A DNA stretch of 63,069 nucleotides, filler included, from Reticulomyxa filosa (taxonomy: Eukaryota > Protista > Foraminifera), in assembly GCA_000512085.1 (NCBI GenBank). It is 21 parts of 21 records of this genome, joined end to end, with 100 filler letters (N's around TTAATTAATTAA, not from the genome) between each part and the next. Parts side by side here need not be neighbours in the genome. Positions count along the whole stretch, not along the records: positions 1 to 1,255 come from ASPP01046953.1; positions 1,356 to 3,110 come from ASPP01028812.1; positions 3,211 to 8,129 come from ASPP01003374.1; positions 8,230 to 9,946 come from ASPP01033616.1; positions 10,047 to 11,653 come from ASPP01011301.1; positions 11,754 to 19,320 come from ASPP01028112.1; 15 more parts are not named here. One strand, written 5' to 3'. Position 1 is the stretch's first letter. Every line of letters starts with the position of its first letter. The position numbers and the translations under genes were made by a program. Below, piece by piece: positions 1-12,406 of the stretch. Under the pieces are notes generated by a model. The model did no database searches, was not told the origin of the DNA, and was given only the letters and a program-made list of their open reading frames with translations.

Positions 1-192
1 ATATGATAATACAATTCGTTTTTGGGATATTCGATCAAATAAGAATCAATTGTACATATCAAAGTAGACAATAGACAAGATAATGAAATATCTTGTCTTA
101 AATTTGCGTCATTGAAGAAAATATTAAAAGATGATTATAATGTTCATTTATGTTATGCTTCAAAAAAAGGTTAAATATATATTTGGGGATAA
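1..192 (+). pseudogene. 3' end of a WD40-repeat gene, disrupted
   Basis: YDNTIRFWDIRSNKNQLYI, then a frameshift to IKVDNRQDNEISCLKF...LCYASKKG*IYIWG*. It matches the family C-terminus (GPIRIWG) but has a frameshift and an in-frame TAA. Confidence 0.8.
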
Positions 193-1255
193 ATCATATA
201 GATTATCTTTTTCAATTAATTATTTGGTTTTTTCTTTTTGTGCAGCATTTGATTGGATTGAAAATAAAACTAATTAATAAAATCATTCTAAGTATGAAAA
301 AGATGCCAAATTTAATTAATGATACAAAAACATTTGTAAGATTATTTAATTATTGAACAAATGAAATTAAAAAATAAAAAAGAACATAAACAATAAGTTT
401 AAAATGCAAAAAAAGATCTTCAAAAAAATATAAAATTGACTCTTTGTTTTTTTAATATTTTATTTGATAAAGAAAAGATTTATTTAATTGTTGTTTTTGC
501 TTGACTATTTTTTTTATTTTTGAAAAGTTTGTATCACAATTGTTATTAGTGTTGTATTGCAGCGAGTGCATTAATCGTTGACTTTGTTGTACTAATTTTT
601 AATCAAAATTTCAATTTTTTCATTTTGTTGCATTAACATTTGATGTTGCTTATCCAACTCACTCATTAGTTGATTTTTTCGTATCGACTGTTGAATTTGT
701 TGCATCGACTGTTGGATTTGTTGCAACAAGTCTTGACTTTGTTGAAACATGTTCGTGTCATCATTGTTAAAAATCTCTGACACTATTGTATTACCTTCTG
801 TACTGGCATTGTCCAAATCGTCATGTATTTCATTATTTTTACTTTCATCAAACGATAGCTCGTGCTTTCTCTTTCTTCGTCGTATTCTAATTTTTTTCGA
901 AGTTGTTTTCTTTTTTTATCTGGACCAGATCCATCATTAGATTCAGGTGTTGATACCTTTAAAAAATGTGGATCTATTGTTTCACCTTCATATACTTCTC
1001 CATTTGTTGTTTGATATATTTTATCATTTCACTATCGGATCTATAATAGTCCTTCATCTTTATAACAGAACTCTTACGCGTGCGAAGTTGTGAAGGAAGA
1101 CAATATGAGTGACGAAAATCTTTACATTGTGTTTTTATACAAGTACAGTAAGTAGGCCCTTGTGAGCAAAATAGCTCAACGGCAATTATTATATTTTTAT
1201 TGCATTTAAACCTACAGTAGATTGCAAAAAAAACCGCCATACCTAAATGGCACTA

Positions 1256-1355
1256 NNNNNNNNNNNNNNNNNNNNNNNNNNNNNNNNNNNNNNNNNNNNT
1301 TAATTAATTAANNNNNNNNNNNNNNNNNNNNNNNNNNNNNNNNNNNNNNNNNNNN
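1256..1355. other. Artificial contig linker (44N-TTAATTAATTAA-44N), first of 20
   Basis: The same 100-bp unit, with stops in all six frames, occurs at 1256, 3111, 8130, 9947, 11654, 19321, 23127, 24729, 26182, 27377, 28821, 38958, 40122, 42786, 45558, 47330, 48430, 51323, 54263 and 60451. Sequences on either side are unrelated. Confidence 0.98.
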
Positions 1356-1687
1356 CAAAATTGAGTATATCGTGCCTAGTTTTTAATATTAAGCTAAGAT
1401 GAGTTAATGATTAAAACTAAAATTAAATAATTGTTATTTGAATTTTTACTATTTCTTTTAATTTCGAGCCGAGGAACAGTAAAATTAACAAGGTGAAACT
1501 TTTTGTTTCAAAAAAAGTTCAGTTCAATATAAGTAAAAATAACAATTATTGAAAATCAACAACAAAGATCTTGTCTCTTAAATTGTGGTCAACATAAACC
1601 AAGACAACTGTTGCATTGAAGTAAGCAAACTATCTATGAAACCACATTATGTAACCTTTTTTTTGACAAAATTTTTTTTTTGGCAGT

Positions 1688-2742
1688 ATGCCTGAACTTT
1701 GCGCAGACCTTGAAGTACCTCCACGTTTACTTGGAACGTCTATACTTCTTCTTACTGTATTAGTAGTGGCAGAAATTTTTTGTTGCACGTACAGCTTTTA
1801 TCATTTGTGGAAACCAGAGAATGTACATCCGATTCTCCGAATTACATGCTTATTTTATCACGTGGCTGTATTGATAATGTTATGTGCAGAATGTTTTTAC
1901 TTTATCGGTATAGGACAGAATTGGTGGATCCATGCTGTTCCAGTTTGTCAAATATTATTTTTTATTATTTCTTCACTGTTTGTGTTAGCATATGGAGCTG
2001 GAGTATTTTTTTGGCTGAAAAGATTAGGTTTGGTATTATATATGTATTGCGTACTTATGTGTATGTATAATGTGTATAAATATTATTGTCAGTGATTGTA
2101 TTTGAGAACTCATTATTTGGAATTAAAAGAAATTTTCTTTGGGGATTATATTCGGCAATGATATTAATGGTAGTTGTTACTATAGGATTAAGTTGTTGGC
2201 TTGCATCCGATGCTGGATGTTTGCAGTATTTCAGTGCTAAAGATTTTGCTCTAACTTATCCTTCAACTGGTGAAGTGAATGGGAAAAAAGTGTTTTGGAC
2301 ATGTCGTCGTGCTTTACTACCTTTTTATATAACCTCTGCAACTGGAATTGGTACTGTAAGTATATTAAATATCACTATTGGTTATATGTACATTACAAGA
2401 ATGATTCAAACTGCGCGTATGGTGCATAGAAATGAGGAAATTGATCTTGCACATGTTGGAGCTAATCAATCCAATCATGAAATTTCAAAAGAGACAATGA
2501 GAATACTTGACCATGTTAAGAAATGTGGTATTATTGCTTTAACCAGTATTACTGTCTCTCTTATCTCATTCGCAACTACATGGGGCTCTTCGACTATTTT
2601 TTTTATTTATTTTGACTGTTTTCTCAACAGCGTTTTGATGCTGAGCAGTTTCACTTTTGGAGAAAATATATTCCATTTTTGTTTTGGTTGTTGTAACAAG
2701 CCATCTGAATTATTACTAAGTAAAATTATCAAAGACACATAA
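1688..2742 (+). CDS. Orphan multi-pass (about 7TM, GPCR-like) membrane protein; exons 1688-2027 and 2093-2742
   Basis: GT-AG intron 2028-2092 joins the two ORFs in frame (WLKRL-VIVFENS). About seven hydrophobic segments, extracellular Cys residues and a C-terminal FCFGCC motif. Confidence 0.7.
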
Positions 2743-3210
2743 ATTTTTTTTTTTTTTTTTTTTTTTTTGTGCGTGTAAATCTCTTTAAATACAATTTAAC
2801 AAAAAGCATTTTGTCAGGACCTACATCACGTTGAATATGCAAAAAAAAAAAAGTTTTAGAAAAGCGGTTCCATAATTTGAGGTTTCGACTTTCCGCACAA
2901 CACTTCCTTTTTTATATTTCGGATAATATTCAACCTTTGAAAGCAACAAAAAAAATTTTAAATTGGAATAGTATTAAAAGAAATAAAAATGGGAAAAAAA
3001 ACAATAAAGTTCCTAAATTAAAATTGCAAGAAATTCTGTGATAGTATTTTAAAAAAATTAAATGTCTGTTTTCATGAAGCAAATCGATTTCTTCACTGTA
3101 AAAAAATTTTNNNNNNNNNNNNNNNNNNNNNNNNNNNNNNNNNNNNNNNNNNNNTTAATTAATTAANNNNNNNNNNNNNNNNNNNNNNNNNNNNNNNNNN
3201 NNNNNNNNNN

Positions 3211-3537
3211 TAAAACAATATCTTATGATGATTTTCTCCGTGAAAAATCAATATTTAGACCTAATTTTTTATTTTAAAAATATCTACAAATCTTTTAGTT
3301 TTTAAATATGATAATAACTTTTTTTTTTGTTGAATGAAATCAACATTTTTTCAAATAATTTTTGAAAATTCTGCGAGAATGCGTATCATTTGCACTTTTA
3401 TCAAAAATTAAGAAATTTTCAAATTTTTTTGTTTACATTTTAGAAATATCCAAGTCGCGTAGATATTTTTTAAAAATTAGGTCTAAATGTTGATTTTTCA
3501 TAGAGAAAATCAATTATCATCATAAGATATCGTTTTA
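3211..3537. mobile_element. MITE-like element with ~78-bp imperfect terminal inverted repeats
   Basis: 3211-3287 is the reverse complement of 3459-3537, apart from small indels and a few mismatches. The interior is non-coding. The left arm abuts the contig start. Confidence 0.65.
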
Positions 3538-5763
3538 GGCGTTCAGTTTTCTTTGCAACATACTGTATTTCAGTTTCTTTCGTTTTACGAAATCAATATT
3601 TTCTTCTTAGTAAACACATCTAGTATTACAGATAGTGTACCACTACTATCAGCAGACGTCCCACATAGGTGAGTTATCTCACAATTCGTCGACAAAATCG
3701 TTTCTTCGACCAGCAATGAGAGTCTGGAAGCAGTGTCGCGAGTACGACATGTCTCCAAGGTATCCAACAATTGAAGATAGTCAAGCGACATATTGCTATA
3801 GTGTAATACTAGTGACACTACATTGTCCCATCGTGCAAACTTTTTGTAATATTTTTTGAAAAATGTATCATGTTTGCTGTTGATTTTTACATTTATCAGT
3901 AAGAAAGTACATTATCAAGAGTTATCAGTGATCTTAATTTAGTTTTTACATTTTTTGACCAAACTTGAGAATTTGATTTATTAGAAATAATTACAATAAT
4001 AATTATGTCGAAATTTTTGTTGAGTTAATCAGTCGATTGTTCGAATTTTACGTTGGTTTCTTTTCAAAATTTTGAGATACTAATTTATAGATTAGCAATA
4101 CAAATCAACACAACGGTTATCTTTAAACAAAAAATCGATTTATAGCTTTCTTTGTTTTAATATCTTTAAATGTCCAACTTTAAACCTTCTAATAGAAATT
4201 TGAGTAACATTTTTATTATTTATTAATATATTATTTGATAATTCTTTTCTTCAAATAATTGCATAACGTTATATGTAAGCATTTATATGATTTACAGGCT
4301 TTGAAGCTGTATTAATTATTTCAAAAAAAAAAAGTATTATAAGACATGATAAAAAATTGTTATATAACAGTTTTTGAAACATTAAAGTAAATGTATCAGA
4401 CATATGAATATTGATAATATAAATTTAAAAAACTACTTTCGAATGTTGACATATTATAACTCGTACAAATGATGCAACATAATGTAATGTTGGTTTATAC
4501 AAAATGATGATAGATATAATTACAAAGAATTCGCGTATGTAGAATAAATATCACAAAGGTGTTATAAAACAGTTAGAGTAGGTACTATCGACAAAATAAG
4601 CATTATTTAATAAAATAGATTTAATATTCAAATTGCTAGCTATTTAATATTAACTACTAAATCTTATGATATGGAATGGAGCAAGGAGAAAAAAGTTTTG
4701 AACTTGATTAATAAAAAGTATTTAGTGGACGCAAAAAAAGATAAAATAAAAGAATTAGTATCTGTTAGGATAATATTAATTTTGCATTCTTTATTCTTTC
4801 ATCTTTTATACTAAATCTAGCTATGCAGATTAGTTAATAAGTTAAGCAGTTTTTATATTTAAGAATTTGCTATATTTGATTTACAGAACAATGTAAATTT
4901 TGATGTATAAAAAACATTTGATTGAAATTTTTATTTTTTTTTGTTAAAACAAAAAATGTAAACATACAAACACACAATAAAATTGTCGATCATTAGCACA
5001 CAAATGATCGAAGTCATTTCATTATGAAACACTTGCCAGTATTTCACAACGCCACTTATGTTAAACAACATGATGCGAATTTACGAACACGACAAAAAAA
5101 AATCTTAAAAAAGCAAACATTCTCAAGTCAAAAACATGTGCGTTGGAGTGATCACATTCAACAATTTTTTTGTTGAGCAATCAACTTTTTGGTGGATGTA
5201 AACTTGATTATGCTGGTAGTCAGTCGGTCGCAAAAAAAAAACCCCGTACAAACACTTGCACAAAAAATTTTTTAAAAAGTGATATCTACACATCCAGTGA
5301 TCAAAAACTTATTTGGTTTTCAATAAAAATGTAGAGAAACATGAAAAATAATGAATATTTTTTTCCATTTTTAAAAACTTAAAGATCGTTCGATATGACC
5401 TTATTCGTTTTATTTTGCTTTTTTCTAATACCATTTTAATTTCTCATGAATAAAATTGTAATTTTGCAGAGGTTCATCTTAGAGGATTTTTTTTGTTTGA
5501 TTATGTTTGTATCCTTTTAATCTTTATTTTCTTCATCGGCACGTTAAACAAAAATTATTGCGTTTTATTACAATGAAATTTTTTTACTTTTAATTTTCAC
5601 TGACATTGTCATTTTTTTTTTGAAAAGAAATAACAATACACAAACAACTTTGAAAAATAAGTGTAGAATTTCAGGAGAAGAAAATTTCAAATTAAGCAAG
5701 ATTTTATTCGTTTCATTTCACTGTTAAAGCGTCCAGACTGCGAAATAAAATAAAAAAACGTAT

Positions 5764-7998
5764 TTATCCCCAAACACGAATGATTCCGTTTCTTGAACCA
5801 TAACATATATTGATGTCACAGACATCTTTGTTGCTTTTTTTGTTCTTTTCTTTATCTTTCAATGGAGAAAATTGAAGAGAGCATACCCCATCATCTTCTT
5901 CATCTCCTTTAATCACATACAATTCATTCTTGTTTGATCGAATATCCCAAAAACGAATTGTATTATCCAATGATCCAGAACATATAACATTTTTGTAACT
6001 GACTATATCGCCAAATACAAATGGTAAGTATTCAACAGTCATGACTGACATTTTGTGTCCTTTGAACACTTGAATTTGTTGACTAGACCGAATATCCCAC
6101 AAACGAATGTTAGTATCGTCTGACCCAGATAATATTGTATTTAATAAATCATTTGATCCATATTTTACACTCCTCACAGCGCCTTCATGTCCTTTGAAAA
6201 CAATTAATTGTTTGGTTGTCTCAATATCCCAAATTCGAATAGACTTATCAAATGATCCAGAGCAAATGGTATATCCATTACCACCAATCACACCAATACC
6301 ATTACTTTTATTATTATCATTTTTGTTATGATTGCTTTGTAATGGCGAAAGCGCTACACACCAAACACAATTCGTATGCTCTTTGAAGACAAACAATGAT
6401 TTAGATGTCTCAACGTCCCACAAGCGAAAGGTATTGTCACGAGATGCAGAGCACAAATATCTACCATTATTAAATGCTGAAAATTCAATCCATAGACAGG
6501 ACCTTCATGTTTAACAAACATCCGAAGTTGTTTGTTATTTTTAGTGTCCCAAAAATGAATAGCTTTGTCATCTGCCGAAGAACAAATAACATTGCGATGA
6601 TGATTACGATAATGATATGGTGAAAATTTCACACAATAGACAGTACAATGATATCCATTAAACACTTTCATTTGTTTGTCAGTTTTTATATCCCATAAAC
6701 GAACAGTGCCATCATTTGAACCAGAGCAAAGGTATTGATTACCATCGAATGTTGAATAATCAATACTATATACAATATTCTTGTGTCCAGTGAAGGTCTT
6801 GATGCACCTGACAGAGCGAAACAAATTGAGATCAAAGGGAGATGATTGGTCCGATTTCGATGTTGGCAATTCATCATTGCTTTTGCTTTCTTTTTGTTCA
6901 GTGTCATTTTTTTCTTGCATTTTCTTGACTATATCTTCTTTTTCCAAAATTATTGCTTGCATTTCCTGTCTCACTTTTTTAATTTCTTCATTTTTCAATT
7001 CGATTTCCTTTTTTAGTTTTTCCTATTCGTTTGAGCAAAGTTTGCTATTTGGTCATTGCTTGTTTAAAATTCTTTATTATGTGTGTTTTTAAATATATAT
7101 AACAAAAATGAAAGAAATACATGAGCAAAATTTGAATTTGTGATGGCAAGTTCTTGTTCCAATAATTTTTGTTGTAATATTGTGTTTTCCTTAAATAACT
7201 TTGAAATTTCTTCATCTTTTTTGATATTTGACTGATTAATACATTTCAATTGCACGTTTTCCCAATTTGAATAGTTTTGGTATTGTTCAATTTTGCGAAA
7301 TAATTTTTATTTTTTTTTTTATTTTTTGGAGAAAAAAAGAGAACCGAGTTAACTTCTTGAAGTTCAATAGTGTGTTCCAACAGTTCAATCTTTTTCGTAA
7401 CTAAATCAAAATGATTCCGCATTTGCTCAATCAAATGACTTTCTAATGCATACCTTGGACATGAATGATTACATCCCAATTTTTTAAACCAACAATCTAC
7501 CAATTGCAAAGAACACGAGTTATCCAAATGATCTTTCAAATCCTTGATTCTTCCTTTAAATTTGCACATCTCCACTCGTTGAGTCATTTTCCTTCCTTCA
7601 CTTCCACTCAATGTTTGCGAGTGTTGATGGAACTGTCGCGGACACATCACATCTAGTTCATTGATTTGTCGTTGCAATGTCCGGGCTCTATAGAATTGGC
7701 AATCACTGTGAGCTTGGACAGGACAAGTATTATTATTGTGTTTGAGGAATTGTATTAAACAATTCGTCCCAACGATTAATGACTCATCCATGTCATCATG
7801 TTCAGGACAAATAATTTCAACCGCATCATTTGCAACTTGTTTGCAAATCAAACAAATAAAATGGCTTATTTGTTTTTGTGAATTCAACTGTAAAACCCAT
7901 TCCCTATCAAAACACGACGTGAAGAAAGTGTCACTTTCTTCAGTTGTAAGTATTTCTTTCTTTTTTTCATCTCCCATTTTGTTCACGCTTAATGTTTT
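5764..7998 (-). CDS. RING/TRAF-type zinc finger + coiled coil + WD40 protein (frameshifted, possibly a pseudogene)
   Basis: ICLICKQVAN...CPEH...C...CPVQAHSDC and C-x-F-x-G/CWFKKLGCNH zinc motifs, followed by WD repeats. Two introns lie between ~7025 and ~7352. There is a 1-nt frameshift near 6490 (YG/IEFS), and the first intron has no clear AG acceptor. Confidence 0.8.
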
Positions 7999-8028
7999 CA
8001 TTTGCTTTGTTTTTAGTATATACATATA

Positions 8029-8077
<49 letters not shown>

Positions 8078-10046
8078 TTTGTTCCCTTTTGTCCTTTTTA
8101 TTTTTTTTTTTTTTTTTAGGTTTTAAAAANNNNNNNNNNNNNNNNNNNNNNNNNNNNNNNNNNNNNNNNNNNNTTAATTAATTAANNNNNNNNNNNNNNN
8201 NNNNNNNNNNNNNNNNNNNNNNNNNNNNNTCGTGTGGATTATTTTGTCCCATTTGTTAGCTATGTTTGAAGGGGGGAGATGTCAGTGAGGCCTCTCCTAT
8301 CACCAAGCTGTTGTTTGGGTGTTATGTGGACAAAGCACTTGTTGAAGAGAAGGAGGCCCGGTCAAACGAATCTGGATTTAACGTCATTTCTAAATCAAAG
8401 ATAATATATGGGTTATTGATTTATTACTTTTTTTTGTTCTTGAAAGGGGAAGAGGGAACAACGGTTTTTGTCAAAACAGTAAATCGTTTGAAAAGAGTAT
8501 TATTACTACGATGCACACAGACCAATTTCGACTTAAAATCTCTCTTTTTAAGCTTATCTTCATATATTACGATTATTTTAATTTTCAGTAAAAAATCTAA
8601 TTTGTGGATATTGCATACAAGTCGCTTTGTTCAGTATGTGGTAATTTGCAATGACTTTAGTTTACCTTAATAAAAAACTCATAATTGCAATATATATGTT
8701 TGTCAATCGATCAGCTCACATATTGGTTAGCTCACATTATTTGAAGATATTTCTTTATTCTTACAATTTGCATTGCAAGTGGTTGTAAAGGATTTTTCAT
8801 CTTTTTTTTTGTGTTGTATTCTATTTTGCAGAAAAATAAACACATACAATGCCACTTTATGAAATAATCAGTTTTCTTCATGAAAAACAAACCTTAAAAT
8901 TAATTTTTTTGGTAAATATTATTTAAAATTTTTATTTTAATATTACTTTTTTCACGTGTATTCGTTTTTTAATGCTATTATAATTTAAAATTGTTTTTTT
9001 GTTGGAAGCTATCCATAAATTTTAAGGGGCACACAAAAATAGATCATAATGCTACATTTTATGTCTTCAGTTTTTTTAAGCATACTGTAGAATTTTTAAA
9101 TTGAGTTTAAAGTAAATTTATTGTATAAACCGAATATTAAATGAATTTTGTGTAGCCTTAAATATATGGTAAATTGAGTTGATATCGATTTTATCATAAT
9201 GATTATAACATTTGTCAATATGATCACAATGTTATTACATGTAATCAAAACCTTCAATGTTCAATTCAAAGTAAACAAACTCATATTTGAATTGAAGAAT
9301 CAAATGGACATAAAGAGATATTTGTTAGCTTGTTCTTTTGCAATCTACCTTTTAATGTCATCCTGAATATTAGATTGTTAGAATAAGTACTGGATGATAA
9401 ACAAGTGCGTGATTGTAATGTAAATCACAAATTATGATCTATATTAATTCTGAAGTTAAATCAAACAATTTCTACTTATTATTTAAGTAATAAGCCACAC
9501 TAAATTCTATCACCATTTCTAGCACTTACTACACGAATACCACTGATTTGTCACTTTACATTGTCAGATTATCATGCTGTTTCCATGAGAAGTGGGAAAT
9601 TTTTTGGGGATTGTTTGAAGCAAAAAAAAACTAAAAATGAAAATAGCTTTAACACGCAACCCCAAAACTGGTCATTCCGGCCAGTGAAAGTGTGCAATTT
9701 GTTCATATTTACACGAAGTAACGATATTTTAAAAGATGTCAATCAGAACAAGAGCTCAAGAAGGGGAACCGTGAAGGTAGACTAGTGAGGCAGTAAAGGC
9801 AACTCAACAATTTTTGAATATGAACTTTGAGGAACTTAATATCGTCGTGTATGCCGCCGTTTTTCAAAATACACTTCCACACAACAAAGTTTTTTACACG
9901 ACCGACTTCACGGGTTCAGTCCTGGCTTTTAAAATTTTATAAAAAANNNNNNNNNNNNNNNNNNNNNNNNNNNNNNNNNNNNNNNNNNNNTTAATTAATT
10001 AANNNNNNNNNNNNNNNNNNNNNNNNNNNNNNNNNNNNNNNNNNNN

Positions 10047-10190
10047 TTCAAAAACCTGCTGAAAGACAAGGCCATCACCGAGGACGAAGAGCGCCGCGGC
10101 CAGGACGAAATCCAGAAGCTGACCGACAAGTACACTGCCGAAATCGACAAGGCGCTGGCCGCCAAAGAAGCCGAACTGATGGCTGTATAA
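10047..10190 (+). CDS. frr: Ribosome recycling factor, 3' end (bacterial)
   Basis: [47 protein letters not shown]; sits upstream of uppS as in the conserved operon. Confidence 0.93.
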   Translation, partial: FKNLLKDKAITEDEERRGQDEIQKLTDKYTAEIDKALAAKEAELMAV

Positions 10191-10200
10191 GGGGCGTCCC

Positions 10201-10951
10201 TTGTTTGCAAGTTCAACACAGGATGTGCCGGAGGCGCGTGCCGTGCCTCGGCACATTGCCATCATCATGGATGGCAACGGCCGCTGGGCCAAGAAGCGCT
10301 TCCTGCCACGCGTAGCCGGTCACAAGCGCGGCCTGGACGCTGTGCGTGATACCGTCAAGGCCTGCTCGGAGCGTGGGGGTGGAATTCCTCACCCTGTTTG
10401 CGTTTTCCACCGAAAACTGGCGTCGCCCGGAAGAGGAAGTCAGCTTCCTGATGGAGCTGTTCTTCGTGGCGCTGGAGCGCGAAGTCGAGCGCCTGCACCG
10501 CAACAACATCCGCTTGAAAGTGGTGGGCGCGCGTGAACGCTTTTCGCCAGCCATCCTGGCCCGTATTGACGCCGCAGAGTCACTGACGGCGGGCAATACC
10601 GGGCTGACACTGACCATCGCCGCCGATTACGGTGGCCGCTGGGACGTGCTGCAGGCGGTGAATGGTTTGCTGGCCAAGGGGGTGACGCAGATTGCAGAGG
10701 CCGACATTGCGGCCAACCTGTCTACTGCGTACGCGCCGGAGCCCGACCTGTTCATCCGCACCGGCGGCGAACAGCGCATCAGCAACTTCCTGTTGTGGCA
10801 GCTGGCGTACAGCGAGCTGTACTTTACCGACCTGCTGTGGCCGGATTTTGGCGCGAGGCCCTGACCGCTGCGCTGGACTCCTTTGCTGCCCGCGAGCGCC
10901 GTTTCGGCCGTCACCAGCGAGCAGTTGCCCGAAGCGCAACGCCGAGGCTGA
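10201..10951 (+). CDS. uppS: Undecaprenyl diphosphate synthase (apparent sequencing frameshifts at ~10376, ~10853, ~10912)
   Basis: Motifs [46 protein letters not shown] and RERRFG. TTG start preceded by an AAGGGG RBS. Confidence 0.95.
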
Positions 10952-10954
10952 TTC

Positions 10955-11653
10955 ATGCTCAAGACCCGTATCATCACGGCGCTGGTCCTGCTTCCTTTGA
11001 TGCTGGCCGCGCTGTTCTTTTTTCCGCCCGCTGCCTGGCGGCCTTTTCCTGGCTGATCATCGTGCTGGCCATGTGGGAGTACGCCCGCATGGCCGCCATC
11101 CGTGGCATGCAGCAATGGCTGTATCTGGGGGGTAGCACGCTGTTGGCCGCGGCCGCCTGGTTCAGCGGTTTCGTGCCGGACGGCACCATGATGGCCATCT
11201 CGCTGCTGGTCTGGCTGGTACTGGCACCGCTGTGGCTGCGCAAGCGCTGGGCCATTCCGGGGGGCGTGCCGGCCATGGTGCTGGGCTGGTTGCTGATGTT
11301 TCCGGCGTGGTTTGCTTTTCTGGCCTGGCACCCGGACAGCTCGGCGGTCAGCGGCAAGCAGCTGCTGGCGGTGATGGGCCTGGTATGGGTGGCCGACGTG
11401 GCGGCCTACTTTGCCGGCAAAGCGTTCGGCAAACACAAGCTGGCACCGGCCATCAGCCCGGGTAAAAGCTGGGAAGGTGTCGTCGGTGCCGTCATCGGCG
11501 TGGCGGCTTACGTGTGGCTGGTGAATGATCTGGGCTGGCTGAACATCCCGCTGCCGCTGGTACTGCTGCTGCCGCTGGCGCTGGGCCTGACTGCGGTCAG
11601 CGTGGTAGGGGACCTGCTCGAGTCCTGGTTCAAGCGCAGTGCCGGCATCAAGG
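10955..11653 (+). CDS. cdsA: Phosphatidate cytidylyltransferase (3' truncated; frameshift ~11038)
   Basis: MLKTRIITAL start; motifs DVAAYFAGKAFGKHKLAPAISPGKSWEG and GDLLESWFKRSAGIK. Confidence 0.93.
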
Positions 11654-11755
11654 NNNNNNNNNNNNNNNNNNNNNNNNNNNNNNNNNNNNNNNNNNNNTTA
11701 ATTAATTAANNNNNNNNNNNNNNNNNNNNNNNNNNNNNNNNNNNNNNNNNNNNTT

Positions 11756-12193
11756 GCATCGCATTTACAAACTTATTTTGAACAACTCTTAAAGTGTCCT
11801 TATTCGTCATATCCTTCTGCTCTGATTGACGGCCAACAAAATGATAAGAAAGACAAAATCCCCAAAATCAACCAAGTTGTAAATCAAATCCTCACAAAGT
11901 ACAAAACGCAAATGCAACAGAAAGAATTGACAATTGAAGAAGAAGACAATGAACTCATTATCGAATACTTAAATGTTGCTTGTGAAACATGCTGGCCCAT
12001 GGTATTACAAGATCATGTTTTATCATTTTGGCCCCCTGAATTCAAACCCACACAACCTGTCGCTTTTGAGGACGACAAACATACTGTGGTGTTTGGATCT
12101 AACAAAAAATCCACACAAGTTCAATATTTTGTTTGGCCGTCTATCCAACGCGACGGTATTCTCTTAGATTGCAAAGTATTTGTTATGAAGTAA
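11756..12193 (+). CDS. 3' end of a protein with a MIEAP-like C-terminal domain
   Basis: Frame is open from the contig start. YLNVACETCWPMVLQD...FEDDKH...VQYFVWPSI...DG resembles the CW-M--QDP / YVVWPAL pattern of MIEAP-like domains. Confidence 0.45.
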   Translation, partial: ASHLQTYFEQLLKCPYSSYPSALIDGQQNDKKDKIPKINQVVNQILTKYKTQMQQKELTIEEEDNELIIEYLNVACETCWPMVLQDHVLSFWPPEFKPTQPVAFEDDKHTVVFGSNKKSTQVQYFVWPSIQRDGILLDCKVFVMK

Positions 12194-12406
12194 AACACTA
12201 ATTTTTTTCTCAATTTATATTAGTTTTGTTATAAATTGCTTTATCAGTCTATTTTAACAAGACTATGTTTTTGCAAATGTGTCAAAAGATATTACCGTTG
12301 AAACTGTTGAACTAAAATTCTCTGCGCATTTGTTAATTAACGTCTAATAATTTTATTATCAAATATAAATAAAATCTAAAACGGCTCTTCAGCAAGAAAC
12401 AATTCA

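Noticed and set aside
1-192. Stop-codon reassignment suggested by in-frame stops
   Set aside because: TAA, TAG and TGA all terminate intact genes at the expected positions. In-frame stops co-occur with other lesions in pseudogenes.
8016-8080. (TA)n microsatellites as special features
   Set aside because: They are ubiquitous in introns and at contig ends throughout the window.
10047-11653. Horizontal transfer of a bacterial operon into the host, or pseudogenisation of uppS/cdsA
   Set aside because: There is no host flanking sequence. Frameshifts in essential genes on a short contig are better explained by sequencing error.
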